A stretch of 64,000 nt of DNA from Escherichia phage KIT01. Shown one piece after another: positions 29,709-38,998 of this stretch. The notes beneath the pieces are model-generated. The model saw only the letters and a list, made by a program, of their open reading frames with translations. It was not told where the DNA came from and did not search any database. Position 1 is the first letter of the stretch, and each line of letters begins with the position of its first letter. A program made the translations under genes and the position numbers. The DNA is taken from sequence record AP019521.1. The stretch is one strand, 5' to 3'.

Positions 29709-31754
29709 TTACCCTTGGGTGAATTTTTCTGGGGTTTCGTCAAAATTAATACATGAAGCTAAAATAGGCATTATATCCACCTTGGTCGATTTGACGAATG
29801 AATCAAAAGACACAGGGTTGTCGGTCTCTGTTTCTACGCCTTGGTAAACAACCAATTCGCCGGTTTCCATCAATGCATCACCATCATAGATAACCGCATT
29901 TTCTGCTAGTTGGTCTGTGGTCTGGATGTCAGCTTCCAATAATTTGGTGTTGTAGTTTCCTTTATATGAGGCATCTGTAATTTTAGTAATCTTAACAGTA
30001 GTTCCACGTGGAAGAATAACCTCTTGTTCTGTTGGAGAACCTGACAATTCACCGGGCACAATTACGTTAATAGAGTCTGCACCGGAAATTTTCCAACCGA
30101 TGTTCATCATTGTATTTTCGGAACTCGTCAGCATACTTGGAAGAACAATTTCATTATCGCCTTGGAAAGATGTCCCAGCACGATAGTCCTGATGAACTGC
30201 GGCCATTGCGACGTTTGATACCCAGCCGCCAAAGATAATCGGCTTAAGGGACGTTGATACATAGTTCCTGAAATAAAACAATTTTGAGTGTTTGATTTTA
30301 TCAAAAGTGTTAACATTTAAATATTGACCACGCCAAAGTGTAATATCAGGTGGCAATTTATGGCCAATTTCAAATGCCGCATCCATATCATTAATTACTT
30401 CAATTACACGATAACTATCAATAAATTCTGCATCCTCTTCATAATAATTACCCAACAAATAATTATTAACATCGGTATAATATTGGCCGCAATAAGAAGA
30501 AATAGCCTCACGCTGCTCATACTCAAATCGATTATCGCTATAACTGGCTGTAAAATGCATAACACTTTCTGACGCTTCATTAGCAAAGTCGCTAACAGCA
30601 GCACTTATACGTTGAGCATACTCTTGTTCCCAAAGCTCTGCCGCATATTCTGCCGCATCCATATTAGGAGGAGCCTCATTCATTTTTCTTTCGATAAATG
30701 CAGCTTTGCGAAGGTTAAGAACCTCTGCACATGATTCGGCAAAAATCTGCATCTGCTTCATACTGCCGACAGGAGCACGTTTAAGTTCACGATGCATACG
30801 GTTAAAAATTGGGTCGGAGTCTTCGACTCGAATTTCTTCTTTCCAAACACCGTTTGCTCGCATAGCCATATCTGCCGCGCGCATACGCTCCATAGTATTC
30901 GTTTCAGAAGGTTGAATAAAAATTTCTAGTTCTTCATAATCATCGATAAGTTCTGCTGTTGCTGGGGCGCTAAATTTTGATGCCTCTGCATCAATCTCAT
31001 CCCAACCTTCCGGAACTTCATCTCGAGGAGAATACTGGGCTGCGGCTACAGCACGCCTAGAAATCTTGGTAGTAGTAATAACAGCCTTATCCGTACGTTT
31101 TTCTTCGACTGCAGCTATACTAGCAGATAGTGCTTCTATTTTGGTTACTGATTGGCCTGTTTTCTTGGATACATAAACCTCACCAACTTTAGACTCAACC
31201 TTAGTGTAAAGGTCTGCATCAATTTCAGGCATACCTTTTATGTCCTCAATATTAGCTTGTTTACGAACCAGTAAAACGTATGTATGTTTGCCTGTAAATT
31301 GATACAAATCATCGACAACTTTAAACTTGCCGCCAGTACGAGCCATCGCCAAACGTGCCAATACACGTTGAACAGTAGGACCTTTACCTTTCATTTTCTT
31401 GGTAGGGAACCGGAAAAGAACTGCATCCATACGAAGAGCTTTAACTTGTTCGTATACAGTATCAAAAATGGTATTCAGCGTACCAAGTGGGTCAGAACCT
31501 AACCCGCCTTTCAACTCGGCTGGGGTACCCTTAGCAGACAAACTCATCAAAATAACATGAACATATTTATCGCCCGGCTTAACCATTTTAATAGCGTCTC
31601 CTTGAGACGCATAAGATACCATACGAGCAACCAGGTTATCGTTACCTGGTGCTTGGATAGAGAAAATCTGTGGAATACCGGAACCCGGTTTAAGATTTAC
31701 TACTGGATAGTTTTTAGCGGAATCACTATCAAAAACCTCGTTTAAATTTTCCAT
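29709..31754 (-). CDS. Alt-type ADP-ribosyltransferase, paralog B
   Basis: 681 aa; same N-terminal module; LWRGQ, YFRNYVSTSLKP, EQEVILPRG motifs; divergent central region. Confidence 0.8.
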   Translation of the reverse strand: MENLNEVFDSDSAKNYPVVNLKPGSGIPQIFSIQAPGNDNLVARMVSYASQGDAIKMVKPGDKYVHVILMSLSAKGTPAELKGGLGSDPLGTLNTIFDTVYEQVKALRMDAVLFRFPTKKMKGKGPTVQRVLARLAMARTGGKFKVVDDLYQFTGKHTYVLLVRKQANIEDIKGMPEIDADLYTKVESKVGEVYVSKKTGQSVTKIEALSASIAAVEEKRTDKAVITTTKISRRAVAAAQYSPRDEVPEGWDEIDAEASKFSAPATAELIDDYEELEIFIQPSETNTMERMRAADMAMRANGVWKEEIRVEDSDPIFNRMHRELKRAPVGSMKQMQIFAESCAEVLNLRKAAFIERKMNEAPPNMDAAEYAAELWEQEYAQRISAAVSDFANEASESVMHFTASYSDNRFEYEQREAISSYCGQYYTDVNNYLLGNYYEEDAEFIDSYRVIEVINDMDAAFEIGHKLPPDITLWRGQYLNVNTFDKIKHSKLFYFRNYVSTSLKPIIFGGWVSNVAMAAVHQDYRAGTSFQGDNEIVLPSMLTSSENTMMNIGWKISGADSINVIVPGELSGSPTEQEVILPRGTTVKITKITDASYKGNYNTKLLEADIQTTDQLAENAVIYDGDALMETGELVVYQGVETETDNPVSFDSFVKSTKVDIMPILASCINFDETPEKFTQG

Positions 31755-31757
31755 TAT

Positions 31758-33845
31758 TTACCCTTGGATGAATTTTTCTGGGATGTCATAGAGGTCTATG
31801 CATGAAGCCAAAAGAGACAGTACATCAAACCGTGTAGATTTAACAAATGAATCAAAAGATACGGGGCTTTCGGAAGTATCGAAATCATCTTGATATACGA
31901 CCAACTCACCGGTTTCCATTAGTACGTCACCATCATATACCACAGATTCTTGAAGCTCATCTGATGTCATAACTTCAGCTTGAATAAATTTATTGTTAGA
32001 CCCAGCCCCAGAACCAGTATTGGCTGATGCATCCACGATTTTATCTATTTTTACAAGTAGCCCGCGTGGTAAAATTATTTCCTTTTCGTTGGCATGCATG
32101 CTTAATTGGCCAGGATAAATCACGTTAACCTTATGAGCGCCACTAATAGCCCAGCCAACATCAACCCGGATTTGATCCGGTGCATACATATGTGTACGCA
32201 CTTGACTATCAGAGATGGTAACGCCTTCGTCATTATTATCAACGTTTAATTCTTTTCGAACATCATCGGAAGCAAGACCAATAGCCGCATTCTCTTTAAA
32301 GCCACCAAAAATGATTGGAGCCAATGAGGTTGAAACATAGTTTCTAAAATAGAATACCTTATTTTTAACTAATGCTTCGTAGATAGGCGCGCGCAAAGAT
32401 TGGGCTCTATAAACCATTATTCCTTCAGGTAAACGGTCACCATTTTTAAAGGCCGAATCCATTCCATCAATAGCACGTTTAACTTCGCTTTCGTCCAAAA
32501 CTTCATAAAAGCCTGGTTTATAACGGCCAAGAAGGACATTGTTGATATCAACATAAGCTGAAGAGGCGTATTCTCTGATAGCTCGTTTTTCTGCAAGTGT
32601 ATATTGTTTAGGGTCTCGAGATGTTGTTATATTAAGAATTTCTCTAGTTGATTCTATAGCGTATGTATACATTATCTTAGACAAGAATGAAGACTTACGT
32701 TGTTTCCATACTCTTTCACTGTTTTCATTCAATATCTCTTTTTCCAAATGGAAATTGTCTTTTCTATAATCTTCAAACCAATCACTTTTAATAGATTCTG
32801 CGATTTCATTAGCAGCTTCAACAAAGGCAGCTAAAGCTTTAACTGACGTGGTTTTTTCATTTTTAATTTTTTTGACAAATTTTTCTAAAGAAGAGTTAAT
32901 TTTATCACCGTAAGAAACTTCATCCGCAAATTTAAATGAATCATCCATAGTATTATAAATTTTAAAATCAATAGCCGTAGCCAGCTTATCCTTAGCTGTT
33001 TCGGATGATAATGATAATTCAACTTCGGCTGCTTGTGGAATTAATTCCGCCGTAGCAGGTGCACTGAACTCATTGGCAGTTTGTTCATATTTCTGAAACA
33101 ATTCACCTTCATTACGGTCTGCTTCTAATGACTGACTTGCTGCAATAGCACGACGGGAAATCTTAGTTTTGGTTATAACCATTTTATCAGTGCGACGTTC
33201 TTCAACTTTAGCAATACTGCCGGCAATAGCAGTTTCTTTAGTAACCTGCATGCCTTCTTTTTTAGAAATATAAACTTCACCGACATCAGAATCTACCTTA
33301 GTATATAATTCAGCATTAATTTCTGGTATACCCTTAATATCTTCAATGTTAGCTTGTTTACGAACTACCAGAATATAAGTATGTTTGCCGGTGAATTCAT
33401 ACATGGCTGGAACTACTTTAAATCGTCCACCAGTTTTCTGTGCTACTAAACGTTGAATAATACGTTGAACGATAGGACCTTGTCCTTTCATTTTCTTGGT
33501 AGGGAACCGGAACATCACGGCATCCATACGAAGAGCTTTAACTTGTTCGTAGACAACACTAAAGATAGTATTAATTGCATCGATAGGAGTAGGGCCAAGG
33601 CCACCCTTAAGTTCTGCTGGAGTACCTTTAGCTGATAAACTCATCAGAATAACGTGGGCATATTTATCACCTAATTTAACTTGTTTGATCGCGTCTCCTT
33701 GAGACGCATAAGATACCATACGAGCAACTAATTGGGACTCTGCATCGCCAATCTTCCAAATCTGGGGTACTTTAAGTTTAGGGTTCAAGTTTACTGTAGG
33801 CAGTGTGCCTTCGGACTCAAACACTTCATTTAATTGTTCGGTCAT
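31758..33845 (-). CDS. Alt-type ADP-ribosyltransferase, paralog C
   Basis: 695 aa; closest of the three to remembered T4 Alt (REYASSAYVDINNVLLG, VYRAQ, YFRNYVSTSLAP, EKEIILPRG). Confidence 0.8.
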   Translation of the reverse strand: MTEQLNEVFESEGTLPTVNLNPKLKVPQIWKIGDAESQLVARMVSYASQGDAIKQVKLGDKYAHVILMSLSAKGTPAELKGGLGPTPIDAINTIFSVVYEQVKALRMDAVMFRFPTKKMKGQGPIVQRIIQRLVAQKTGGRFKVVPAMYEFTGKHTYILVVRKQANIEDIKGIPEINAELYTKVDSDVGEVYISKKEGMQVTKETAIAGSIAKVEERRTDKMVITKTKISRRAIAASQSLEADRNEGELFQKYEQTANEFSAPATAELIPQAAEVELSLSSETAKDKLATAIDFKIYNTMDDSFKFADEVSYGDKINSSLEKFVKKIKNEKTTSVKALAAFVEAANEIAESIKSDWFEDYRKDNFHLEKEILNENSERVWKQRKSSFLSKIMYTYAIESTREILNITTSRDPKQYTLAEKRAIREYASSAYVDINNVLLGRYKPGFYEVLDESEVKRAIDGMDSAFKNGDRLPEGIMVYRAQSLRAPIYEALVKNKVFYFRNYVSTSLAPIIFGGFKENAAIGLASDDVRKELNVDNNDEGVTISDSQVRTHMYAPDQIRVDVGWAISGAHKVNVIYPGQLSMHANEKEIILPRGLLVKIDKIVDASANTGSGAGSNNKFIQAEVMTSDELQESVVYDGDVLMETGELVVYQDDFDTSESPVSFDSFVKSTRFDVLSLLASCIDLYDIPEKFIQG

Positions 33846-33881
33846 AATAATTCCTCTTTAATAACCTTATTTATGCCAGAA

Positions 33882-33897
33882 AAGGCCCGAAGGCCTT
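33882..33897 (-). terminator. Stem-loop aaggcc-cgaa-ggcctt upstream of alt paralog C
   Basis: 6-bp stem with GNRA-like loop; may be a terminator or RNA processing/stability element. Confidence 0.4.
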
Positions 33898-34066
33898 AAA
33901 GTGGTAGCAACGTACGGTATACTTCGAATGTCGGGCCTTTTTCGTAGCCATCAAATGTGTCTTTAAAATCGGCAAAAGCTATTTCGTCCTCAAAATCAAG
34001 GATGATTTGAGAGACTGCCGTGGTATTTGTATTTGATACAACAACTGTTTCTAAATAAACTTTCAT
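33896..34066 (-). CDS. Hypothetical small protein
   Basis: Minus-strand ORF between ligase and alt array; start set at the internal ATG to avoid a 41-nt overlap with gene 30. Confidence 0.35.
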   Translation of the reverse strand: MKVYLETVVVSNTNTTAVSQIILDFEDEIAFADFKDTFDGYEKGPTFEVYRTLLPL

Positions 34067-34067
34067 A

Positions 34068-35591
34068 TTATAACCCAGTTTGAGACCAATCGCCAAATAC
34101 ATCTTCAAATGTATCAGCTTCTGTTTTATCGAAACGCCAACCTTTAATGATTGGAAGGAAAATACCTACAGTATCGGTACGTCCTTTAGAATGAACCCAA
34201 CCATTACATTCACAGTCGGCAATACGGCCAATCAATTTACCTTCACGAGCTTGTTTCATAAGAAGTTCACGGTCTAAATCAGGACGGTCTTCCAATGGAA
34301 TCAATACCTTTTTACCTGATTTATCTTTCTTATGGGTGGTATCTTTAAAGCCTGAACCACAGTCACTTGTAATTCTACGACAACGTGATACCAATTCAAC
34401 ACCACCAAGTTTGTTAGGGTCTTTCGAGTGTTCATAGTAACCTACTACTTCTAAAGCGATATCGATTACTTCTTTGAACTTGATAAGATTCTTAGAACGG
34501 CGGTTTTCCCAGTAGGAGTCCATGTTCTTAAGGATAATACCTTCCAGACCTTGGTCGACATATTTCTTATAAACGACTTTAGCTTCTTCAAGATTATTAA
34601 CCCACCGGTTTTCGATAGCTTCAACACGCGTTGTACCGTGCAATACGACATTATGAGCAACCATAAGTTCTAAGGCTGTAAAGCGTACATCGTACTTATC
34701 GCCTTTAATTTTACCTTCGGAATACACGACATCCAGTGGAACATAATCCCATGCCTGTAATACCATACCGGCAGCTTCAGTAGCGGAAATAGTTCCTTGG
34801 AGAGCTTTATTAGCCAGGCCATTTGACGTAGAACGATCGGCGACAGTTTGGAATTCCTTAGCCTTACTTAATTCAGGAAGTTCCTCATCAAACATACTAA
34901 ACAAATCATTAGATGCTTTAGGTTCTACTTTAGGAGTATGGTAAACTAATTCGCCATCAATCATAACACCATTAGGATGGCGTTGTCGAGCTTCTTCGGT
35001 CATGGCCATTAATTCAGCAGCTAAAAGATGAAGCCCTTGGTATTCATTACCACCACGAGTAAGGAATGTCACACCATCGTTACGAACTTCAGCAAAACAA
35101 CGGGCGCCATCAGCTTTTAATTGAGCAAACGCTGGCCATTTAATATTTTTCTTAATCAAATCTTCATCATAAGAGCTAGCTAACATTTGAGGTTGTTCAG
35201 GGATTAAACCTTTCCAAACCTTGTTAGCAATGGAAATCGATGCACCGCATTCAAGGTCGCGCATCATTACACGACGTAATACCTCGGCATCTTGAGCCTT
35301 AGCATCGGCAATGATTTGAGCCAGTTCTTCAATAGCTGCATTACCGGTAACCTTACGAGTGGCTAATGTGAATTCAGCGAAATCAAGAAGGTCTTCAAGA
35401 GTAATCATACCAAAGGATTGAGACGTAAATCCAGGTTCAGGCCACTTTTTAATACCGTAGTTCAGACGACGAGTATAAGCCATACGATATACGCGTTTCA
35501 GAAGCTCATTATCCTTTTCACGAGCAATAATAGCTTCTTTAGCTTTAGTAGAATCAATAGAAGCAATTTCGTTTAAAATATCTAAAATCAT
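34068..35591 (-). CDS. 30: ATP-dependent DNA ligase (gp30)
   Basis: 507 aa; adenylation motif KADG (FAQLKADGARC); position as T4 gene 30. Confidence 0.9.
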   Translation of the reverse strand: MILDILNEIASIDSTKAKEAIIAREKDNELLKRVYRMAYTRRLNYGIKKWPEPGFTSQSFGMITLEDLLDFAEFTLATRKVTGNAAIEELAQIIADAKAQDAEVLRRVMMRDLECGASISIANKVWKGLIPEQPQMLASSYDEDLIKKNIKWPAFAQLKADGARCFAEVRNDGVTFLTRGGNEYQGLHLLAAELMAMTEEARQRHPNGVMIDGELVYHTPKVEPKASNDLFSMFDEELPELSKAKEFQTVADRSTSNGLANKALQGTISATEAAGMVLQAWDYVPLDVVYSEGKIKGDKYDVRFTALELMVAHNVVLHGTTRVEAIENRWVNNLEEAKVVYKKYVDQGLEGIILKNMDSYWENRRSKNLIKFKEVIDIALEVVGYYEHSKDPNKLGGVELVSRCRRITSDCGSGFKDTTHKKDKSGKKVLIPLEDRPDLDRELLMKQAREGKLIGRIADCECNGWVHSKGRTDTVGIFLPIIKGWRFDKTEADTFEDVFGDWSQTGL

Positions 35592-35884
35592 TTTACCGTC
35601 CTTACAGTTTGTGTACTTCTATTATAAGCTACTTCATCTAAAAGCTCATTTAAAGTTTTGTGATACGATATAATACGCTTATCTTTAATATCGTATTCAG
35701 TAACATACATAAATCCGCGCCGAACACATTGGATAAAGATATCTTCATCTTTGGCTTGGAAATACACAGGGTTCAATCGAAGGAATTGTCTAACGTTTCC
35801 ATAATCGTGGGATTTAGGCGTTCCATCAGTAATAGTATGAACTACAAACATATTAACCTCGAGCAATCCATTCAACTGCGGCAT
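35588..35884 (-). CDS. Hypothetical protein (30.1-like slot)
   Basis: 98-aa minus-strand ORF abutting the ligase gene. Confidence 0.45.
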   Translation of the reverse strand: MPQLNGLLEVNMFVVHTITDGTPKSHDYGNVRQFLRLNPVYFQAKDEDIFIQCVRRGFMYVTEYDIKDKRIISYHKTLNELLDEVAYNRSTQTVRTVK

Positions 35885-36491
35885 TATTACGAAGGGATTC
35901 GATTGCTGCTATATCGTCCCACGAATTAACCTTTACGGCTAAATTAGGTTTAAAGTCACGTTCACCACGAGCCAACCAATAAACTTGGATATCCATGAGA
36001 ACATTAGATGCAGCATCACAGTGGTGAGCTAAATCATCAACATAAAACTTAATACGTTTGCCGTATGTATTTTTAGCTCTTATGAAAAGGTCTTCTTTTG
36101 ATTCTGAATGACCACACATCAGAATCTCCTTGAATGCGCCAGGGAACAATGCATTCAAATTGAATTGTCTATTCAGCAGAGCATCAATTGAGTCGCCTAG
36201 CGCAGTCACGGCTACAAAATCAAAGTCTTTTTTGAGCCTGTTGATGTGTTTTAATGCGTCCATGTAAGGAGACAGATAACGAATAAAATCCGACTGATTA
36301 TATTTCTCGATTAAACGAGCGCCTAATTCGTTGTCACAATTAAACAGCTCGCCTGGAGATAAGAAACGTTCGTCCTGAATCATATTCAGAATATGTTCTA
36401 AAGGCAAATTATATTTCTGTGCGAAATAAGGCAAGCCGGACTGCCAACTTAAACATACTCCATCGATATCTGTTAAGATAACTGGTTTCAT
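35853..36491 (-). CDS. Conserved hypothetical protein (30.2-like)
   Basis: 212-aa ORF; N-terminus MKPVILTDIDGV suggests a HAD-like fold; T4 30.2 slot. Confidence 0.55.
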   Translation of the reverse strand: MKPVILTDIDGVCLSWQSGLPYFAQKYNLPLEHILNMIQDERFLSPGELFNCDNELGARLIEKYNQSDFIRYLSPYMDALKHINRLKKDFDFVAVTALGDSIDALLNRQFNLNALFPGAFKEILMCGHSESKEDLFIRAKNTYGKRIKFYVDDLAHHCDAASNVLMDIQVYWLARGERDFKPNLAVKVNSWDDIAAIESLRNNAAVEWIARG

Positions 36492-36955
36492 AATAAATCT
36501 CTCAATTTGTTTAGGATGTCGATAAACTCTTTTTCAGTTAGTATTGTATCACATTCTGTAAGGTGGCTTGCCATAGAATGCTTTAAAACCCTACCTTTTG
36601 TGGATTGTAATGCATCGCGAAATCCTGGGTTTTGGATCGCTGCTTCAAAATAAGCATTTTCGTACAACTCTTTCCATGCTGTAGAGTATCTTGAAATGGG
36701 AGTTCCAAGCCAGAACAGCGTCCCACGGTCCTGAGCTCTAGCATAAGTTCGTCCAGCTTTTTGTGCGTCCAGGCCTGACATTCTGAATATACGTTTTTGT
36801 TGTTCATGATTTTTCACCTTACATCCTTGGAGGAATCCTTCGAGTCCACCAAATTGGATACCGTCCATAACGAAAGGCCATTTGGCAAAGTTACTTAATG
36901 CGCATGATGGCCATGGAAAATTGCTTCTGATTTCTAACTCAGACATCTTTGACAC
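36488..36955 (-). CDS. Conserved hypothetical protein (30.3-like)
   Basis: 155-aa ORF in the 30.x cluster. Confidence 0.5.
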   Translation of the reverse strand: MSKMSELEIRSNFPWPSCALSNFAKWPFVMDGIQFGGLEGFLQGCKVKNHEQQKRIFRMSGLDAQKAGRTYARAQDRGTLFWLGTPISRYSTAWKELYENAYFEAAIQNPGFRDALQSTKGRVLKHSMASHLTECDTILTEKEFIDILNKLRDLL

Positions 36956-37151
36956 TTATAATTTCGACATCAGCCCAATGTCCGTACCCAGGCAGACGGT
37001 CTTCAATAGATAATCCGCCATCAGATTTCAGCATTTTAATTGTTTTAGTATATGGTTCATCTTGCGGATGCACAGGAGATAAATCAGTTACACGATAAGT
37101 CACTTCGACCATTTCCGTACCTAATAATTTCTGAATCAATTTCTTAAACAT
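36939..37151 (-). CDS. Hypothetical small protein
   Basis: 70-aa ORF, same strand and tight packing in the 30.x cluster. Confidence 0.4.
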   Translation of the reverse strand: MFKKLIQKLLGTEMVEVTYRVTDLSPVHPQDEPYTKTIKMLKSDGGLSIEDRLPGYGHWADVEIISVKDV

Positions 37152-37152
37152 A

Positions 37153-37347
37153 TTATCCTCGCTTTAAACATTTGATTACAGACAGTTCGCCGCCCATGCG
37201 AACGTCTTCAGTTCCATCGACCCATAGGACGGTGTAGGCTTCTTTAATAGTAACATTACCTAATTTAAAAGCAGGTAGAACCTTGGAAATCATTCCAGGA
37301 ATACCTACACCTTTTAGCTGAACAGTTTGTGATAAGAATAGTTGCAT
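37153..37347 (-). CDS. Hypothetical small protein
   Basis: 64-aa ORF abutting neighbours. Confidence 0.4.
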   Translation of the reverse strand: MQLFLSQTVQLKGVGIPGMISKVLPAFKLGNVTIKEAYTVLWVDGTEDVRMGGELSVIKCLKRG

Positions 37348-37667
37348 TAGAACCTCATCTGAAAGCCGTGCGATTTAACATTACCACCATAGATGTCAGA
37401 CGTATTGACTTCACGTGCAGCACTTGGGTCGATATTGATATCATGGTTGAGCTTAGTGATTGCCAGGGTATCACGACCATTAACAGTACGGAATTCCACC
37501 GGGCATACAACATCGGCATAAGCCTTAATAGATTCACGAGTAGGTTGTTTGTCGGCAGGAACATCTTTACCTGCTTTAGAGAAAACAACTTCACAGAAAT
37601 TTTTACGAGTATCAAAATAAGTGGTCATAAACATAATATTTTCCTCAAAGGAGGCCGAAGCCTCCAT
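37347..37667 (-). CDS. Hypothetical protein
   Basis: 106-aa ORF; start codon immediately follows a stem-loop. Confidence 0.45.
   Translation of the reverse strand: MEASASFEENIMFMTTYFDTRKNFCEVVFSKAGKDVPADKQPTRESIKAYADVVCPVEFRTVNGRDTLAITKLNHDINIDPSAAREVNTSDIYGGNVKSHGFQMRF
37649..37664 (-). terminator. Stem-loop ggaggc-cgaa-gcctcc between 30.x ORFs
   Basis: 6-bp GC stem with tetraloop, followed by T-run on the plus strand. Confidence 0.4.
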
Positions 37668-37675
37668 TTTTAAGA

Positions 37676-38041
37676 TTAGATATCGAATTCGTTCAGAACT
37701 ACATCAAAGATTGCTTCCAGGTGTTCAGGTTTAGCTCGGTTGCTCAGGATGTGACGAATCCAGGTTTTAACCAGAAGCTTACGATTAACGCCGTTCCAGC
37801 AAGGATGGGTACCTAAATCACGTTGACGGAAATCGTCATCTAAAGCGATTTTAAAAGTAGAACCTTCCATTGTGATTGAAACCGTAATACCATTTTCAAA
37901 GCGCATATAAACGTAGTTAGGAGTCATGCACTGTTCGATTTCGCACACGGTGCCGTTGTTGTGTTTCCACAGGCAAATAACTTCAGAAGAACCAGCGATA
38001 CCGTTAGAAACATATTTACGTTCGAAGTTGATGTAGTTCAT
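37676..38041 (-). CDS. Hypothetical protein
   Basis: 121-aa ORF preceded by a conserved promoter/leader cassette with GGAG ribosome-binding site. Confidence 0.5.
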   Translation of the reverse strand: MNYINFERKYVSNGIAGSSEVICLWKHNNGTVCEIEQCMTPNYVYMRFENGITVSITMEGSTFKIALDDDFRQRDLGTHPCWNGVNRKLLVKTWIRHILSNRAKPEHLEAIFDVVLNEFDI

Positions 38042-38100
38042 TTTATTCTCCAGTTTGTTTTCGTATTATTTGGTACAGGTCTATAATAACACAACCTGTA
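38041..38100 (-). repeat. Promoter/leader cassette, copy 1
   Basis: ttattctccagtttgttttcgtattatttggtaca...tctata; near-identical to 38448-38507; contains ribosome-binding site, -10 element and a 9-bp inverted repeat. Confidence 0.7.
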
Positions 38101-38114
38101 CCAAAGTAAAACAT

Positions 38115-38447
38115 TTATTTCACAACATTCCAATTTTTCATATCAAGTTTACCAACTTTTTTCATCTGAGCAATCAGACGTTCAGCGCGTGTACGGGCAT
38201 TAACGTAATAGAATTCACCAATTTTGTTTTCTTCAATACGGCCAGTAATTACAGTTTTCAGTTCATAAATCCAACCTGTAAAGAAGTTGTGAAGCTCGAT
38301 GGTAAATGTGAAATCAGTACCCATACCTTCAGTTGTTTCAACTTCGATGATATCACCTTCAACTGCAGTCAGGACCCACATGGTTTCTTGATATCCGCCG
38401 TTGAAACATTTAGCTTTAACAGATGCATTCAGATTTACAGTTTTCAT
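38115..38447 (-). CDS. Hypothetical protein
   Basis: 110-aa ORF preceded by a second copy of the same leader cassette. Confidence 0.5.
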   Translation of the reverse strand: MKTVNLNASVKAKCFNGGYQETMWVLTAVEGDIIEVETTEGMGTDFTFTIELHNFFTGWIYELKTVITGRIEENKIGEFYYVNARTRAERLIAQMKKVGKLDMKNWNVVK

Positions 38448-38507
38448 TTTATTCTCCAGTTTGTTTTCGTATTATTTGGTACATGTCTATAGTATCACGC
38501 CTACCGG
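38448..38507 (-). repeat. Promoter/leader cassette, copy 2
   Basis: About 40 of the first 45 nt identical to copy 1. Confidence 0.7.
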
Positions 38508-38545
38508 AGATGTACACCTTTTTTTAAAGATTTAGAAACAAAAAT

Positions 38546-38563
38546 GGGACTCCGAAGAGTCCC
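38546..38563 (-). terminator. Stem-loop gggactc-cgaa-gagtccc downstream of the small basic ORF
   Basis: 7-bp stem with tetraloop; A/T runs on both sides. Confidence 0.5.
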
Positions 38564-38568
38564 ATAAC

Positions 38569-38730
38569 TTATGCCTGAGGCTTACCAAAGCAAGCAGCAT
38601 CTGCACGCAATACTGCACGAGCACGAGCTTGAAGCTTATCAACTACCTGATTGATACGCTTGTTGGACGCACGCTTGTAACCAGCGCGTTTAGAGGTACC
38701 GTCAACTACTTTAACTTCTTTCTTAGCCAT
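38569..38730 (-). CDS. Hypothetical small basic protein (not in ORF track)
   Basis: Manually translated 53-aa ORF MAKKEVKVVDGTSKRAGYKRASNKRINQVVDKLQARARAVLRADAACFGKPQA; stem-loop just downstream. Confidence 0.35.
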   Translation of the reverse strand: MAKKEVKVVDGTSKRAGYKRASNKRINQVVDKLQARARAVLRADAACFGKPQA

Positions 38731-38998
38731 TTTTAAATCTCTTAAATTAGAATGCAGGACTTATTGGCATTGCCTGCGCAAGCCCTCAAGGGGAACATAG
38801 GTTTCGGATATTTAACGACAGGATAACCATAAACCTCGTCATCATACCGACCACGACTTAGACAGATAACCTTTTTCTGACGCGTGATAGTACAAAATAC
38901 ATTCAAGAGGTACACCGTAAAATTGTCGGGGCGGTACTTCTAAAACATATCGATTCGTAAATCGATAATCAGACAATTCGACGGCTCCTCGATTTAAC

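Noticed and set aside
27582-33845. Triple alt array as an assembly or duplication artefact
   Set aside because: The three copies differ substantially at both protein and DNA level in their central regions and have distinct lengths, so they cannot be collapsed repeats of one gene.
38731-38998. tRNA or other canonical structured RNA gene in the ORF-free gap
   Set aside because: No cloverleaf hallmarks (for example GTTC-type T-arm with matching acceptor stem) were found on either strand by eye. It is kept only as a low-confidence leader or small RNA candidate in the findings.
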